A stretch of DNA of 64,000 bases from Clostridiales bacterium (GCA_029256575.1 JAQSXR010000006.1:10202-74201); one strand, 5' to 3'. Positions 29,427 to 38,877 are shown, counted from the stretch's first letter. Notes: generated from the sequence alone by a model not told the origin. Numbers and translations: made by a program.

Positions 29427-31382
29427 ATGAATCTTTGGAGTATAATCGTAAAAACTTTGCCATGGAATATTAAACAATACGAATTAGCCGTCAGTTTAGT
29501 CAACGAATGGAAGCAAAATGGGTACATTCATAAAACATGTCGTGAGATGCTAGAATTAGATGATATTGTTATTATTTTATTTTACAATATCTTGGAAGAA
29601 ACAGAATCTTTGGATAGTCCAGTTCAACACAATCCCGATTCTTCTTGGATGTTTGAATCAGATTTTTGTTTTATTAATATACGCGCAACCGGAATCGGTG
29701 AGAAATTTGGAGACTTAATACAAGCATCAAAGCTTTTACCAATCATTCGGGCAAAAGGAATTCATTTAGGACCTTTCACAAGTTATGATTTTGGTACAAT
29801 ATATGCGGTAACAAGCACTAAAACAATATCAAAAAATGTAGTAAATCATTTACTGTGGGAAAAGGGCATTTGTCCTGACGAGCAATTAAGGGCATTTGTA
29901 CAAGCAACTCATATGTTAGGCAAATGTGTCGGTTTTGATTTAGAACCTCATGTCGCACAATTTGCAAAACCTGTTTTAGAACATCCTGAGTATTTTAGAT
30001 GGATCTCACTCGATGAAAATCATAAACTCAGAGATTCACTTTCACAAGAAAGACAGCTTTGCGAGGAACCTCAAGAAGAAATACATAATCAAGTGAACCA
30101 AATTGTTCACAATTGCCTAATTAGAGAAAAAATAAAAACGATAGAATCAGAATTTGGCGATAGTCCAGAAGATTATAATAAAAAAGAAAATATATATTAT
30201 GACTTAATCGGTGAACTTATTCGAAAGGGCTATTGGACGATACCCTCTCATACTTGGAATGGCGTTGGAATTCCAGCGTATGACGGTTATTATTTAAAAG
30301 ACAATTATGCTAAATTTATATATTTAGATCAATTCGGTAATGATCAAAGCCAATATGCCTATGGAATTGTAACTCCGTATAATTTTTACCGTAATGTACC
30401 TGTAAATCGTTTATGTGATAAATCCACCAACCTTGAACAAAACAAAAAAGTAGTAGAATATTACAGCAATATTTTTCTTTATTGGCGCAATGAATTTAAA
30501 TTTGATTTTGTAAGACATGATTCTCTTGATCATATATTTGATTCCATAGATGAATCGGGCAACCCGCTCACTGATAGAATAACCCCTTCTATTTTATCCT
30601 ACTGCAACAAAAAATCTCGTTCCTCTAAGAAACCTTATATTGGAAACCTAGCCGAACGAATGGGCTATGAATATGAACAATATAAAAATATTGGCTTTGA
30701 CTTATTATTAGGTAATGAAGCTATGGATACAATTAGTAGTGATTTTATGATGAATCAATTTAAGATCAATGAAGAATTAACAACCTATAACTCAAATGAA
30801 CCGAAAGCTTCCTGTGTATTTGCTACGGATACTCATGATACCGGAAATCCACATATGTGGGGACAACCTTTGGTCGAAGTCGCTGGGGTTGATGGGATGC
30901 GGTTAAGACAATTCGTTTCGCGATTCATGCCACTTGGTTCAACTTGTCGTCCTAAGTATGAAGTTATCGGAGCACAAGACCTGTCATTTGGTTTGTATCA
31001 TAGTAACATAAAGAATCAAAACTTGAATTGGGTTGGTAATCAATATTTTAATCAGGTTTACCATTACATCGAAGATGTCTTTGAATCAGTAAGGGAGACT
31101 ATGCACAAAGGTATTCTGTTAGCTCATAAAGTTGACTCAAATTATAGTTGGTGGATAATCAGATATAATAACCAAATATTAGTCCCTGTTATTTCAACTG
31201 AAAACGGGACTGGTACTGATTACCTTCAAATTAATTTAAAGGGAATTGTTGAGAATATAGAAAAAATAGAAGTACATGATTTTTATAAGTGTGAAAAATT
31301 TGAAGTACATGATTCATATGACGAAATAAAAATATATAATTTACAGCATAGACAGTGCCTACTATATCAAATTCAAATCTAA
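29427..31382 (+). CDS. Divergent GH13-like (clan GH-H) enzyme, specificity unknown
   Basis: Start at ATG 29427, after GGGAG. Candidate GH13 regions: I VGFDLEPH, II FDFVRHDSLDH, III GNLAERMG, IV FATDTHDTG. The HPEYF motif after region I recalls GlgE-type maltosyltransferases. Confidence 0.55.
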   Translation: MNLWSIIVKTLPWNIKQYELAVSLVNEWKQNGYIHKTCREMLELDDIVIILFYNILEETESLDSPVQHNPDSSWMFESDFCFINIRATGIGEKFGDLIQASKLLPIIRAKGIHLGPFTSYDFGTIYAVTSTKTISKNVVNHLLWEKGICPDEQLRAFVQATHMLGKCVGFDLEPHVAQFAKPVLEHPEYFRWISLDENHKLRDSLSQERQLCEEPQEEIHNQVNQIVHNCLIREKIKTIESEFGDSPEDYNKKENIYYDLIGELIRKGYWTIPSHTWNGVGIPAYDGYYLKDNYAKFIYLDQFGNDQSQYAYGIVTPYNFYRNVPVNRLCDKSTNLEQNKKVVEYYSNIFLYWRNEFKFDFVRHDSLDHIFDSIDESGNPLTDRITPSILSYCNKKSRSSKKPYIGNLAERMGYEYEQYKNIGFDLLLGNEAMDTISSDFMMNQFKINEELTTYNSNEPKASCVFATDTHDTGNPHMWGQPLVEVAGVDGMRLRQFVSRFMPLGSTCRPKYEVIGAQDLSFGLYHSNIKNQNLNWVGNQYFNQVYHYIEDVFESVRETMHKGILLAHKVDSNYSWWIIRYNNQILVPVISTENGTGTDYLQINLKGIVENIEKIEVHDFYKCEKFEVHDSYDEIKIYNLQHRQCLLYQIQI

Positions 31383-31430
31383 CATAACATAACATAACAT
31401 AACATAACATAACATAACATAACATAACAT
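31381..31430. repeat. (AACAT)10 pentanucleotide repeat starting inside the stop codon of the GH13-like gene
   Basis: Direct reading: ten perfect aacat units. Confidence 0.9.
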
Positions 31431-31503
31431 TATAATTTTTAATACTAGAGATATTCAAGATTTTTATTTATTAAATAATCTTGGTATACAACCTTAATGA
31501 TTG

Positions 31504-31540
31504 CAAAAAAACACCCTATAAACTTATGTTTATAGGGTGT
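31504..31540 (-). terminator. Rho-independent terminator of the tRNA cluster
   Basis: Minus strand: acaccctata-(loop)-tatagggtgt followed by T7. Confidence 0.65.
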
Positions 31541-31544
31541 TTAG

Positions 31545-31629
31545 TGCAGTCGGCGGGACTTGAACCCGCATAAGCGTTAAGCTCACAAGATCCTTAGTCT
31601 TGCGTGTCTGCCAATTCCACCACGACTGC
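31545..31629 (-). tRNA. tRNA-Leu, class II, anticodon AAG (A34)
   Basis: Minus strand: GCAGTCG-TG-GTG..CAC-G-CAAGA-CTAAGGA-TCTTG-(long variable arm)-GCGGG-TTCAAGT-CCCGC-CGACTGC-A. The 7-nt loop is C-U-A-A-G-G-A. Confidence 0.85.
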
Positions 31630-31633
31630 AAAA

Positions 31634-31707
<74 letters not shown>

Positions 31708-31770
31708 ATATATATGAACTTAGTATAAATCCCAAGTTCTATGTAAAAAAGCAACTCACGTTGCTTATAA

Positions 31771-31845
31771 TCGGGGTGACAGGATTCGAACCTGCGACCT
31801 CCTGAACCCAAATCAGGCGCTCTAGCCAAGCTGAGCCACACCCCG
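31771..31845 (-). tRNA. tRNA-Pro (anticodon TGG)
   Basis: Minus strand: CGGGGTG...CCTGA-TTTGGGT-TCAGG...GCAGG-TTCGAAT-CCTGT-CACCCCG-A. Confidence 0.9.
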
Positions 31846-31893
31846 TAACGTTAATCTCACAATTACTTATTTCCTAACGTTTACTGCTTTGTT

Positions 31894-31922
31894 ATTATAT
31901 AATCATACTAACCATTTGTCAA
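31894..31922 (-). promoter_or_regulatory. Consensus sigma-A promoter for the tRNA cluster
   Basis: Minus strand: TTGACA, 17 nt, TATAAT. Confidence 0.6.
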
Positions 31923-32152
31923 TAGCTTTCTTCTTATTTATGTAAACTAATTATACCATGAGATATCAATTGATAAGTCACTCTATATTATATGCAACTC
32001 ATTACATTAAGTTCACCTGCATTATGACATACAAATACTTTATATTCCTATATACGAAATATAAAGTACAAAAACTTCACTATACTATACTTCTTATGAT
32101 AACCTAAGTTTATTAGATTAACAGTATAGTGGAGTTTTCCATTGTCTTTATA

Positions 32153-32509
32153 TTAATTTATCTTTGATTTAGCTGTTTCTACAAGAGCAGTAAATCCTGC
32201 TGCATCATTGATAGCGATTTCTGATAACATTTTTCTGTTAATTTGAACATCTGCTAATTTTAAACCATACATTAATCTACTGTATGAAAGACCGTTCATT
32301 CTTGCAGCTGCATTTATTCTTGCGATCCAAAGTTGTCTAAATTCTCTTTTTCTTAACTTTCTACCAGTATATGAATATGTTAAAGACTTCATAACTGCTT
32401 GTTTCGCTATTCTATATTGAGTTGATTTAGCACCTCTATATCCTTTAGCTAACTTTAAAACTCTATTATGTCTTTTTTTAGCGCCCAAAGCACCTTTAAT
32501 TCTTGCCAT
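32153..32509 (-). CDS. rplT: 50S ribosomal protein L20
   Basis: 118 aa. [27 protein letters not shown]... Confidence 0.97.
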   Translation of the reverse strand: MARIKGALGAKKRHNRVLKLAKGYRGAKSTQYRIAKQAVMKSLTYSYTGRKLRKREFRQLWIARINAAARMNGLSYSRLMYGLKLADVQINRKMLSEIAINDAAGFTALVETAKSKIN

Positions 32510-32533
32510 TTTTTAGTCCCTCCTTCATATCGA

Positions 32534-32731
32534 TTATAGATATGGTAGCATTTTCTTGATTTGTTTTACGTTTGTAGCATCAGTCATAGCACCTTTTCTA
32601 AGGTTTCTCTTACGCTTAGCTGATTTTTGTCCTAATTTATGGTTCTTGTTAGCTTGCGCTCTTTTTAATTTACCAGTTCCTGTTAGTTTAAAACGCTTTG
32701 AAGCCGTTTTGCTTGTTTTCATTTTTGGCAT
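32534..32731 (-). CDS. rpmI: 50S ribosomal protein L35
   Basis: 65 aa. [24 protein letters not shown]... Confidence 0.97.
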   Translation of the reverse strand: MPKMKTSKTASKRFKLTGTGKLKRAQANKNHKLGQKSAKRKRNLRKGAMTDATNVKQIKKMLPYL

Positions 32732-32761
32732 TGATTTTTCCTCCTTATAAAATGTTTATTG

Positions 32762-33268
32762 TTAATGTTTCTCTGATAAAAACATTACCATACTTCTACC
32801 TTCCAACTTGGCTGGTTTATCAATAACTGCAACTTCGTTTAACAATTCTGCAAATTTATCTAATACGAGTCTACCTGCACTAATACGTGTCATTTCTCTT
32901 CCTTTAAACTTAAGAGAAACCTTAACTTTATCGCCTTTTTCCAAGAATTTTTTAGCTTGGTTTGCTTTTGTATTTAGGTCGTTTTCTTCAATGTTTGTTG
33001 ATAGACGAACTTCCTTAACATCTATAACCTTTTGCTTCTTCTTCGCTTCTTTTTCTTTTCTAGCTAGTTCATATCTGTATTTACCATAATCAATTATTTT
33101 ACATACAGGTGGTTTAGCTGTTGGCGCTATCTTTACTAAATCAAGATTTTTATCTTTAGCAAGCTGCATTGCGTCTTTTGTAGACACGATACCTAATTGC
33201 TCACCTTCTGAATCAATTAAACGTACTTCTTTGTCACGAATTTGCTCATTAATCATTAAATCGCTAAT
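32762..33268 (-). CDS. infC: Translation initiation factor IF-3 (ATT start codon)
   Basis: Conserved IF-3 sequence begins at ISDLMINEQIRDKEVRLID. ATT at 33266-33268 is preceded by GGAGGTG plus 6 nt. The upstream ORF extension is hydrophobic and non-homologous. Confidence 0.9.
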   Translation of the reverse strand: MSDLMINEQIRDKEVRLIDSEGEQLGIVSTKDAMQLAKDKNLDLVKIAPTAKPPVCKIIDYGKYRYELARKEKEAKKKQKVIDVKEVRLSTNIEENDLNTKANQAKKFLEKGDKVKVSLKFKGREMTRISAGRLVLDKFAELLNEVAVIDKPAKLEGRSMVMFLSEKH

Positions 33269-33436
33269 ATACGACACCTCCAAATTAGTCTTTACAATAA
33301 AAAAAGTGGTTAGCATAGCTATCCACATTAGATTCGACATATAGTCTCTAAGTATTAACCCAAGTCATAAAATGCTAAGGTGAGAGTGGATAACTCTACT
33401 TTGTTGTTTTTGTTCTGATTTCTCACAACTTCTGTA
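33269..33436 (-). promoter_or_regulatory. infC-rpmI-rplT leader with attenuator terminator (L20-leader type)
   Basis: About 170-nt 5' UTR. Contains the hairpin GTGGATAGC-TAT-GCTAACCAC plus T7 (33296-33326) just before the infC RBS. Firmicute infC operons are known to be autoregulated by L20 through such a leader. Confidence 0.55.
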
Positions 33437-33465
33437 ATAATATCACGTAATGCTTATATTGTCAA
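33437..33465 (-). promoter_or_regulatory. Sigma-A promoter of the infC operon
   Basis: Minus strand: TTGACA, 17 nt, TATTAT. Confidence 0.6.
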
Positions 33466-33492
33466 CGTTTTTGTAATAAATATAATCTTATT

Positions 33493-34104
33493 TTACAAAT
33501 CTTTTTTATATCCTTGTGAAATAACTCTATTAAATGCTTGTGGATCGTACCAATAACAACCTTCACAATTTTTTGAATCCGCATCACCTTTTAAATAGGA
33601 TACACTGTACCCAAGTTTCTTAGCATCGTATCTTATTCCGGTTTCGACGCATTCCTTACAATGTTGCCTTTTCGCTATATTAACACCTTTTGACAACGGT
33701 TGAAAATCGTTTAATTGTTGGTTCGTACTATCTTCCATTTCACGTTTATTGTACTTACCATTTTTATGATCGCATTCAATATTTGTTCCAATATCTAGAA
33801 CTGCACATCTTCTACTAACGATAACTTTTTTTATAGATGCATTTATATTTCGCCCTTTGGGGTCTCTATTAAATCCATCGAGTTTTACTGCAATGATTTT
33901 ATTATTCTCTTTTATTCTTTTTATATTATATTTGCGTCCTAGTTGTCCATCGCTTCTACACCAGCTTCCACCATTTCCAAGGGCAAATCCTTCATTTATC
34001 TCAATCAAATCTTTTATATATACTTCTTTTGAATATCCTTCATCATCTGGCATTGCAACTTCTTCGAATATCGCAGATAGTGACTGTGATTGTTTTTTAT
34101 TCAT
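33493..34104 (-). CDS. Putative type II restriction endonuclease, HNH / beta-beta-alpha-Me with Cys-rich zinc sites
   Basis: 203 aa. NIECDHKNGKYN is an HNH-like core. Cys pairs at RRCAVLD...C, CKEC and CEGC. Directly downstream of a DNA methyltransferase. Confidence 0.55.
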   Translation of the reverse strand: MNKKQSQSLSAIFEEVAMPDDEGYSKEVYIKDLIEINEGFALGNGGSWCRSDGQLGRKYNIKRIKENNKIIAVKLDGFNRDPKGRNINASIKKVIVSRRCAVLDIGTNIECDHKNGKYNKREMEDSTNQQLNDFQPLSKGVNIAKRQHCKECVETGIRYDAKKLGYSVSYLKGDADSKNCEGCYWYDPQAFNRVISQGYKKDL

Positions 34105-34161
34105 AATCCTTACATAGCCTGGGTCTTGTGAGTTATCGCAAGCAGACTATGTCCCCTCCTT

Positions 34162-34911
34162 TCATTCAACATCTATAGTAATATTTTTATCGATACGTTT
34201 TAACCTAGCAATACTCTTTGTATAATAACTTTCTTCTAATTCACAACCAATAAAATTTCGTCCATTATTAATTGCTGCTGCTGCTGTTGTTCCCGAACCC
34301 GAGAAAAAGTCTGCAACCAAATCACCTTCATTGCTATGTTTCTTCACTAATTCCTCTATTAATGCTAAGGGTTTTTGTGTCGGATGAAAACGCCCCTTTT
34401 CATGGTTAATAGGAAATTGATATATACCCGTATCGTATTCACTATTAAAGGTGGGTTTACTATCCTTAATTCCAGATATAGCTATTTCTCGAGCATTCGT
34501 CAAGTAATTCACTTTGCTATTTAATGGAACTGGGTTCGTCTTTATCCATTCGATTAGCCTTATTTGTTTGAATTTTGCTTCATCCATATATTTTTTAAGT
34601 TCTGTTATTTTCCATAGATCATAAAAACAAATAAATGTTCCGCCCTTTTTAAGAATCCGATAAGCTTCATCTATTACAATATTAAGTCCTTCAAATTCTT
34701 TATCCCACTCACCAAACTCCATTGAAACAGCAAATCTTTCGACACCAGATACAACACTTGCAAAACCTGTTTCACGGCTTATTACATACGGTGGATCTAT
34801 TAGAATCAAATCTATACTTGAATCCGAAATATCCTTTAATACGTCAAAACAAGATTTATTATAAAGTTGTATTTTTAATGTTTTTTTTGTACTTTTGGAT
34901 GAACCCTTCAT
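34162..34911 (-). CDS. DNA methyltransferase, beta class (N6-adenine or N4-cytosine)
   Basis: 249 aa. Motif IV LILIDPPYV lies N-terminal and motif I DFFSGSGTTAAAA lies C-terminal. Confidence 0.85.
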   Translation of the reverse strand: MKGSSKSTKKTLKIQLYNKSCFDVLKDISDSSIDLILIDPPYVISRETGFASVVSGVERFAVSMEFGEWDKEFEGLNIVIDEAYRILKKGGTFICFYDLWKITELKKYMDEAKFKQIRLIEWIKTNPVPLNSKVNYLTNAREIAISGIKDSKPTFNSEYDTGIYQFPINHEKGRFHPTQKPLALIEELVKKHSNEGDLVADFFSGSGTTAAAAINNGRNFIGCELEESYYTKSIARLKRIDKNITIDVE

Positions 34912-34959
34912 GTAGATCTCGCTTTCTCAGCCTAGTTTGTTTGATCATTATCATCCCTA

Positions 34960-34988
34960 ATTATACACACATATGTTCTTTATTGCAA
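34960..34988 (-). promoter_or_regulatory. Sigma-A-like promoter for the R-M pair
   Basis: Minus strand: TTGCAA, 17 nt, TATAAT. Confidence 0.5.
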
Positions 34989-34994
34989 ATACAA

Positions 34995-35032
34995 CAAAAA
35001 AAAGATAGCTAAGAATATTCTCTTTGCTATCT
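34995..35032 (-). terminator. Rho-independent terminator of the 420-aa gene
   Basis: Minus strand: agatagc-(loop)-gctatct followed by T8. Confidence 0.6.
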
Positions 35033-35045
35033 AAATAAATTTCCA

Positions 35046-36308
35046 TTATCTTTGCTTAACCCTACCAAGTGTAGTGTTGTCTACTTTTCTATTTCTAAGT
35101 GATTCAATAGGGTTTGGAGCTACTTCATATCTATAATCAATTCCGTTTGATTTAATATATTTATCAATTACACAATGACTTGGAACGATACATTTATCTG
35201 GATTTACTATATCTTGGAACATAAAGAAGTCAGCATCATTTGGTAAATCGTTCACATTTATATATCCTTCTCTATCTGCTGTCATCTCTACTGTTGCTTT
35301 AATTACATCTCTTACATAATTAATATTAGGTCCTAATTTTAGAAGTTTAGGGAATTGACCGTTTGGTATTACTTGTTGCCAATCTTTACCTTCATATTTT
35401 TGCAATAAATCGGCTGCTTTGTGTAAGTGAGCAATTTCTTGAATCAAATTCTGTTCCCAAATATTTCTGATATATGCATCTGTTTCATCTTTATAACAAG
35501 AATAATACAAATAACATTCTGTGTACTCATGTAATAACAGACTTTCTAACCAAGTTGAACTAGGATCCATTAAGCCACCATAATGAGTTACATGTTCTTC
35601 TTCGACTAAGCCAATTTCCTGGTATAATTTTCTCCCAAGATCTGATGTGTAGAATCCAGTTACATTCATATAATAGTTCATAGTTTGTTGTTCAGCTGCT
35701 GTAATTATTCCGATATTAAGTTTAGTTATGATATCAGCTGATTTGTAGTCTACAAAATATGTCACGTTATCAAAAGGATGCCTATGATGTGCAATTGTTG
35801 GACGAGCTGGCATAATTTCTGTATATCCACCTACTAGTTTTTCAGCAGGTATTTTCCATTCCAATTCTAACAAATTAGAATATCGATATAAATGATCAAA
35901 GTCTTCTAGCAAAGCAAAATCTAATGCTGCTTTTACATATTCATTTGGTTCTTGAAGAGCTAATCTTGCTGTTAAATCTACTGCTAATTGCTCATATCCT
36001 ATTGTAGTTTCAAGTATTGTCTCATTTATAGGTTTCAAGTTAGCAATCTTCATTTGTTGTTGTTTTTCAATATATCTTGTTAATGCCAACTCACGTCTTA
36101 AGTCATTATCACAACAGTGACGGTGGAATTGATGAGAAAACCAGTTTGCTTCAAACTCTGCACCATTCGTTAATATTATACGTAATTTTGTGTAAGGATC
36201 TACTTCATATTTGTTATATGATTCTGGATATAGTTCCTTCCAATTCTGTATCGTTGCCTCGATGTTAACGGGCCTTTCCTCAAAAGGGTTAAAACTCAAA
36301 AGTATCAC
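35046..36308 (-). CDS. Uncharacterised 420-aa protein with several E/D-x-x-H motifs (possibly ferritin-like, diiron)
   Basis: Motifs DFDH, VEEEHVTH, LHEYTECY and QEIAHLH. No signal peptide. Function not recognised. Confidence 0.35.
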   Translation of the reverse strand: MILLSFNPFEERPVNIEATIQNWKELYPESYNKYEVDPYTKLRIILTNGAEFEANWFSHQFHRHCCDNDLRRELALTRYIEKQQQMKIANLKPINETILETTIGYEQLAVDLTARLALQEPNEYVKAALDFALLEDFDHLYRYSNLLELEWKIPAEKLVGGYTEIMPARPTIAHHRHPFDNVTYFVDYKSADIITKLNIGIITAAEQQTMNYYMNVTGFYTSDLGRKLYQEIGLVEEEHVTHYGGLMDPSSTWLESLLLHEYTECYLYYSCYKDETDAYIRNIWEQNLIQEIAHLHKAADLLQKYEGKDWQQVIPNGQFPKLLKLGPNINYVRDVIKATVEMTADREGYINVNDLPNDADFFMFQDIVNPDKCIVPSHCVIDKYIKSNGIDYRYEVAPNPIESLRNRKVDNTTLGRVKQR

Positions 36309-36548
36309 TCCTTTTTATATTATTATTTTTATGATTAATATACTTTTTATAAGTATACGCATCCTTATTTAAAAAAATACATAAAAAAGACATAGAACGT
36401 ATAGTATTCTATGTCTTTTACATTTATTCTCTTTTGTTATTTAGTCTTTAGTGTTGCTATTTATTCCTATTTACTTGATGTTTTCTCTTAACTCTATAAT
36501 CTTTTATTTACTTTTTCCTATTATTTACTTTTTCCTGTTCTATTTTTC

Positions 36549-38507
36549 CTATTCTTTATCTACTTTTATTTCCTTAATTTCTTTTGTAGCTATTTCTTCT
36601 AATATTTCTGATAAGAACTGTTCGATTGATTTTGAACCTTCATCTCCATTGTATCTGCTTCTTACTGAAATAGTACCTTCTTCTTCTTCCTTTTGTCCAA
36701 CTACTACCATATAAGGTACTTTATCAAGTCTTGCTTCACGAATTTTGTAGCCTGTTTTTTCAGCTCTTTCATCGATTGTAACTTTTATACCTTTATTACG
36801 AAGAGTATTTCTAACTTCATTTGCATAATCATGGTACTTCTCTGATATCGGAAGCACTCTAACTTGTTCTGGACACAACCAAGTAGGGAATAGTCCTGCA
36901 TATTTTTCTATTAATGTTGCAAGAGTTCTTTCATAGCAGCCTACTGATGTTCTATGAATAATAAACGGACGTTTCTTTTCACCATTCTTATCAATGTAGA
37001 ACATATCAAAACGATCTGCTAATGCAAAATCCAATTGAATTGTTATCATTGTGTCTTCTTTACCATAAACATTCTTAGTTTGAATATCTAGTTTCGGGCC
37101 ATAAAAAGCTGCTTCGCCTTCTTCTTCAGTAAAATTAACTCCAAGATGAATTAGAATTTCTCTCATTCTATCTTGTGTCTTTTCCCATTGCTCAGAATCT
37201 CCTAGATATTTTTGCTTGTTATTTGGATCCCATTTTGAGAATTGGTATGTTACATCATTTTCAAGGCCTAATGTCTTTAAGCAATACATCGCTAAATCAA
37301 GACAACCTTTAAATTCCTCTTCTACTTGCTCTGGAGTAACGATTAAATGTCCTTCTGAAATAGTAAACTGTCTAACGCGAGTTAAACCGTGCATTTCACC
37401 AGAATCTTCGTTTCTAAATAATGTAGAAGTCTCACCATAACGACATGGAAGATCTCTATAACTCTTTTGACTTTGTTTATATACAAAATATTGGAATGGA
37501 CATGTCATCGGGCGTAACGCAAATACTTCTGATTTTTCATCATTTTCATCACCAAGTACAAACATACCTTCTTTATAATGTCCCCAATGGTCAGAAATAA
37601 CATAAAGATCCTTCTTTGCCATAAGAGGTGTTTTTGTTCTCATGTATCCACGTTTTTCTTCTTCATCTTCAATCCATCTTTGTAAAGTTTGAATCATCAT
37701 AGCGCCTTTTGGCATCATTAACGGAAGTCCTTGACCTATTACATCAACAGTTGCAAATAATTCCATTTCACGTCCAAGCTTATTATGATCACGTTTTTTA
37801 GCATCTTCTAATTTTACTATGTGTTCTTCAAGATCCGCATTTTTTGTATAAGCTGTTCCATAGATACGAGCTAGCATTGGTCTTTTACTATCCCCTCTCC
37901 AATATGCTCCTGAGGAAGATAATAATTTAAAAGCTTTGATAGTCTTTGTACTCAATAAATGAGGTCCGGCACATAGGTCAGTAAAATCTCCTTGTTTGTA
38001 GAAAGAGATAACAGCATCTTCTGGAAGATCTTGAATCAATTCAACCTTATATGGTTCTCCTTGCTCTTCCATGAATTTAATTGCTTCCGCTCTTGGTAAT
38101 GTATAGTTTTCAATTTTAATATCTTCTTTTACAATTTTCTTCATCTCAGCTTCTATTTTATCTAAGTCTTCTCTAGAGAAAGACTCAGCATCAAAATCAT
38201 AGTAGAAACCTTCTTCAATCGCTGGCCCAATTGCAAGTTTTGCATTTGGATATAATCTCTTAACTGCTTGTGCGAGTACATGGGAAGCTGTATGTCTAAA
38301 TGCTTTTCTTCCTTCCGCATCATTAAATGTCAAAATGCTTAATTCTACATCTTTATTGATAATTGTTCTAAGGTCTACAACCTTTCCATCTACAACAGCT
38401 GCTGTTGCAGCTCTTCCAAGTCCTTCGCTAATGTCTTTTGCTATATCAAGCACAGACATTTCTTGTTGATATTCTTTAACTGAACCATCTTTTAATGTAA
38501 TCTTCAT
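36549..38507 (-). CDS. thrS: Threonine--tRNA ligase
   Basis: 652 aa. TGS domain (MKITLKDGS), the second additional domain, and a class II core (FRNEDSGEMHGLTRVRQF). Confidence 0.95.
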   Translation of the reverse strand: MKITLKDGSVKEYQQEMSVLDIAKDISEGLGRAATAAVVDGKVVDLRTIINKDVELSILTFNDAEGRKAFRHTASHVLAQAVKRLYPNAKLAIGPAIEEGFYYDFDAESFSREDLDKIEAEMKKIVKEDIKIENYTLPRAEAIKFMEEQGEPYKVELIQDLPEDAVISFYKQGDFTDLCAGPHLLSTKTIKAFKLLSSSGAYWRGDSKRPMLARIYGTAYTKNADLEEHIVKLEDAKKRDHNKLGREMELFATVDVIGQGLPLMMPKGAMMIQTLQRWIEDEEEKRGYMRTKTPLMAKKDLYVISDHWGHYKEGMFVLGDENDEKSEVFALRPMTCPFQYFVYKQSQKSYRDLPCRYGETSTLFRNEDSGEMHGLTRVRQFTISEGHLIVTPEQVEEEFKGCLDLAMYCLKTLGLENDVTYQFSKWDPNNKQKYLGDSEQWEKTQDRMREILIHLGVNFTEEEGEAAFYGPKLDIQTKNVYGKEDTMITIQLDFALADRFDMFYIDKNGEKKRPFIIHRTSVGCYERTLATLIEKYAGLFPTWLCPEQVRVLPISEKYHDYANEVRNTLRNKGIKVTIDERAEKTGYKIREARLDKVPYMVVVGQKEEEEGTISVRSRYNGDEGSKSIEQFLSEILEEIATKEIKEIKVDKE

Positions 38508-38603
38508 TTTAAGCTCTCCTTTTATAATTGTTTTCTATTTTTCAAATTTACTTTGTTATTAATAATACATTTTTACTTAATCTTTGTACTAAATTTAGAT
38601 AAC

Positions 38604-38843
38604 AAAAAAACCCGTCCTTCTCTATATATAATTAATATAGAAAGGGACGAGTTATAAATTACCCGCGGTTCCACCCTGATTGCACTTTGTGCCACTCAGT
38701 CGATTGTAACGTAATCAACGGACTTTATTAGAGTCACTCAGAGGTAGTTTTGGGATGTTTCCAATTAGAAATACTCTCAGCTAATGTATTTCATCTCTGA
38801 AATTTTTCACATCTTACTCTTCTCATCAACGTGTTATCTTATT
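38604..38843 (-). promoter_or_regulatory. T-box riboswitch leader (threonine specifier)
   Basis: Minus strand: T-box sequence AATCAGGGTGGAACCGCGGG (38662-38681). Terminator CTCGTCCCTTTCT...AGAAGGACGGG plus T7 (38604-38651). AGAGA and GCUGAGAG stem I elements. Thr codons ACU/ACC at 38743-38748 in the candidate specifier loop. Confidence 0.85.
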
Positions 38844-38849
38844 TCCTTC

Positions 38850-38877
38850 ATTATAACACCCTCAAAGACTTTGTCAA
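38850..38877 (-). promoter_or_regulatory. Sigma-A promoter for the thrS leader
   Basis: Minus strand: TTGACA, 16 nt, TATAAT. Confidence 0.5.

Noticed and set aside
31231-31458. The minus-strand ORF (75 aa) with MLCYVMLCYVMLCYV.
   Set aside because: It is an artefact of translating the (AACAT)10 repeat, and it overlaps the 3' end of the GH13-like gene in antisense.
31745-31768. A small hairpin (gcaac-tcac-gttgc plus a T-run on the minus strand) between tRNA-Pro and tRNA-Arg acting as an internal terminator that splits the tRNA cluster.
   Set aside because: The stem is only 5 bp. It is too weak to call, and it may simply be a processing or spacer structure.
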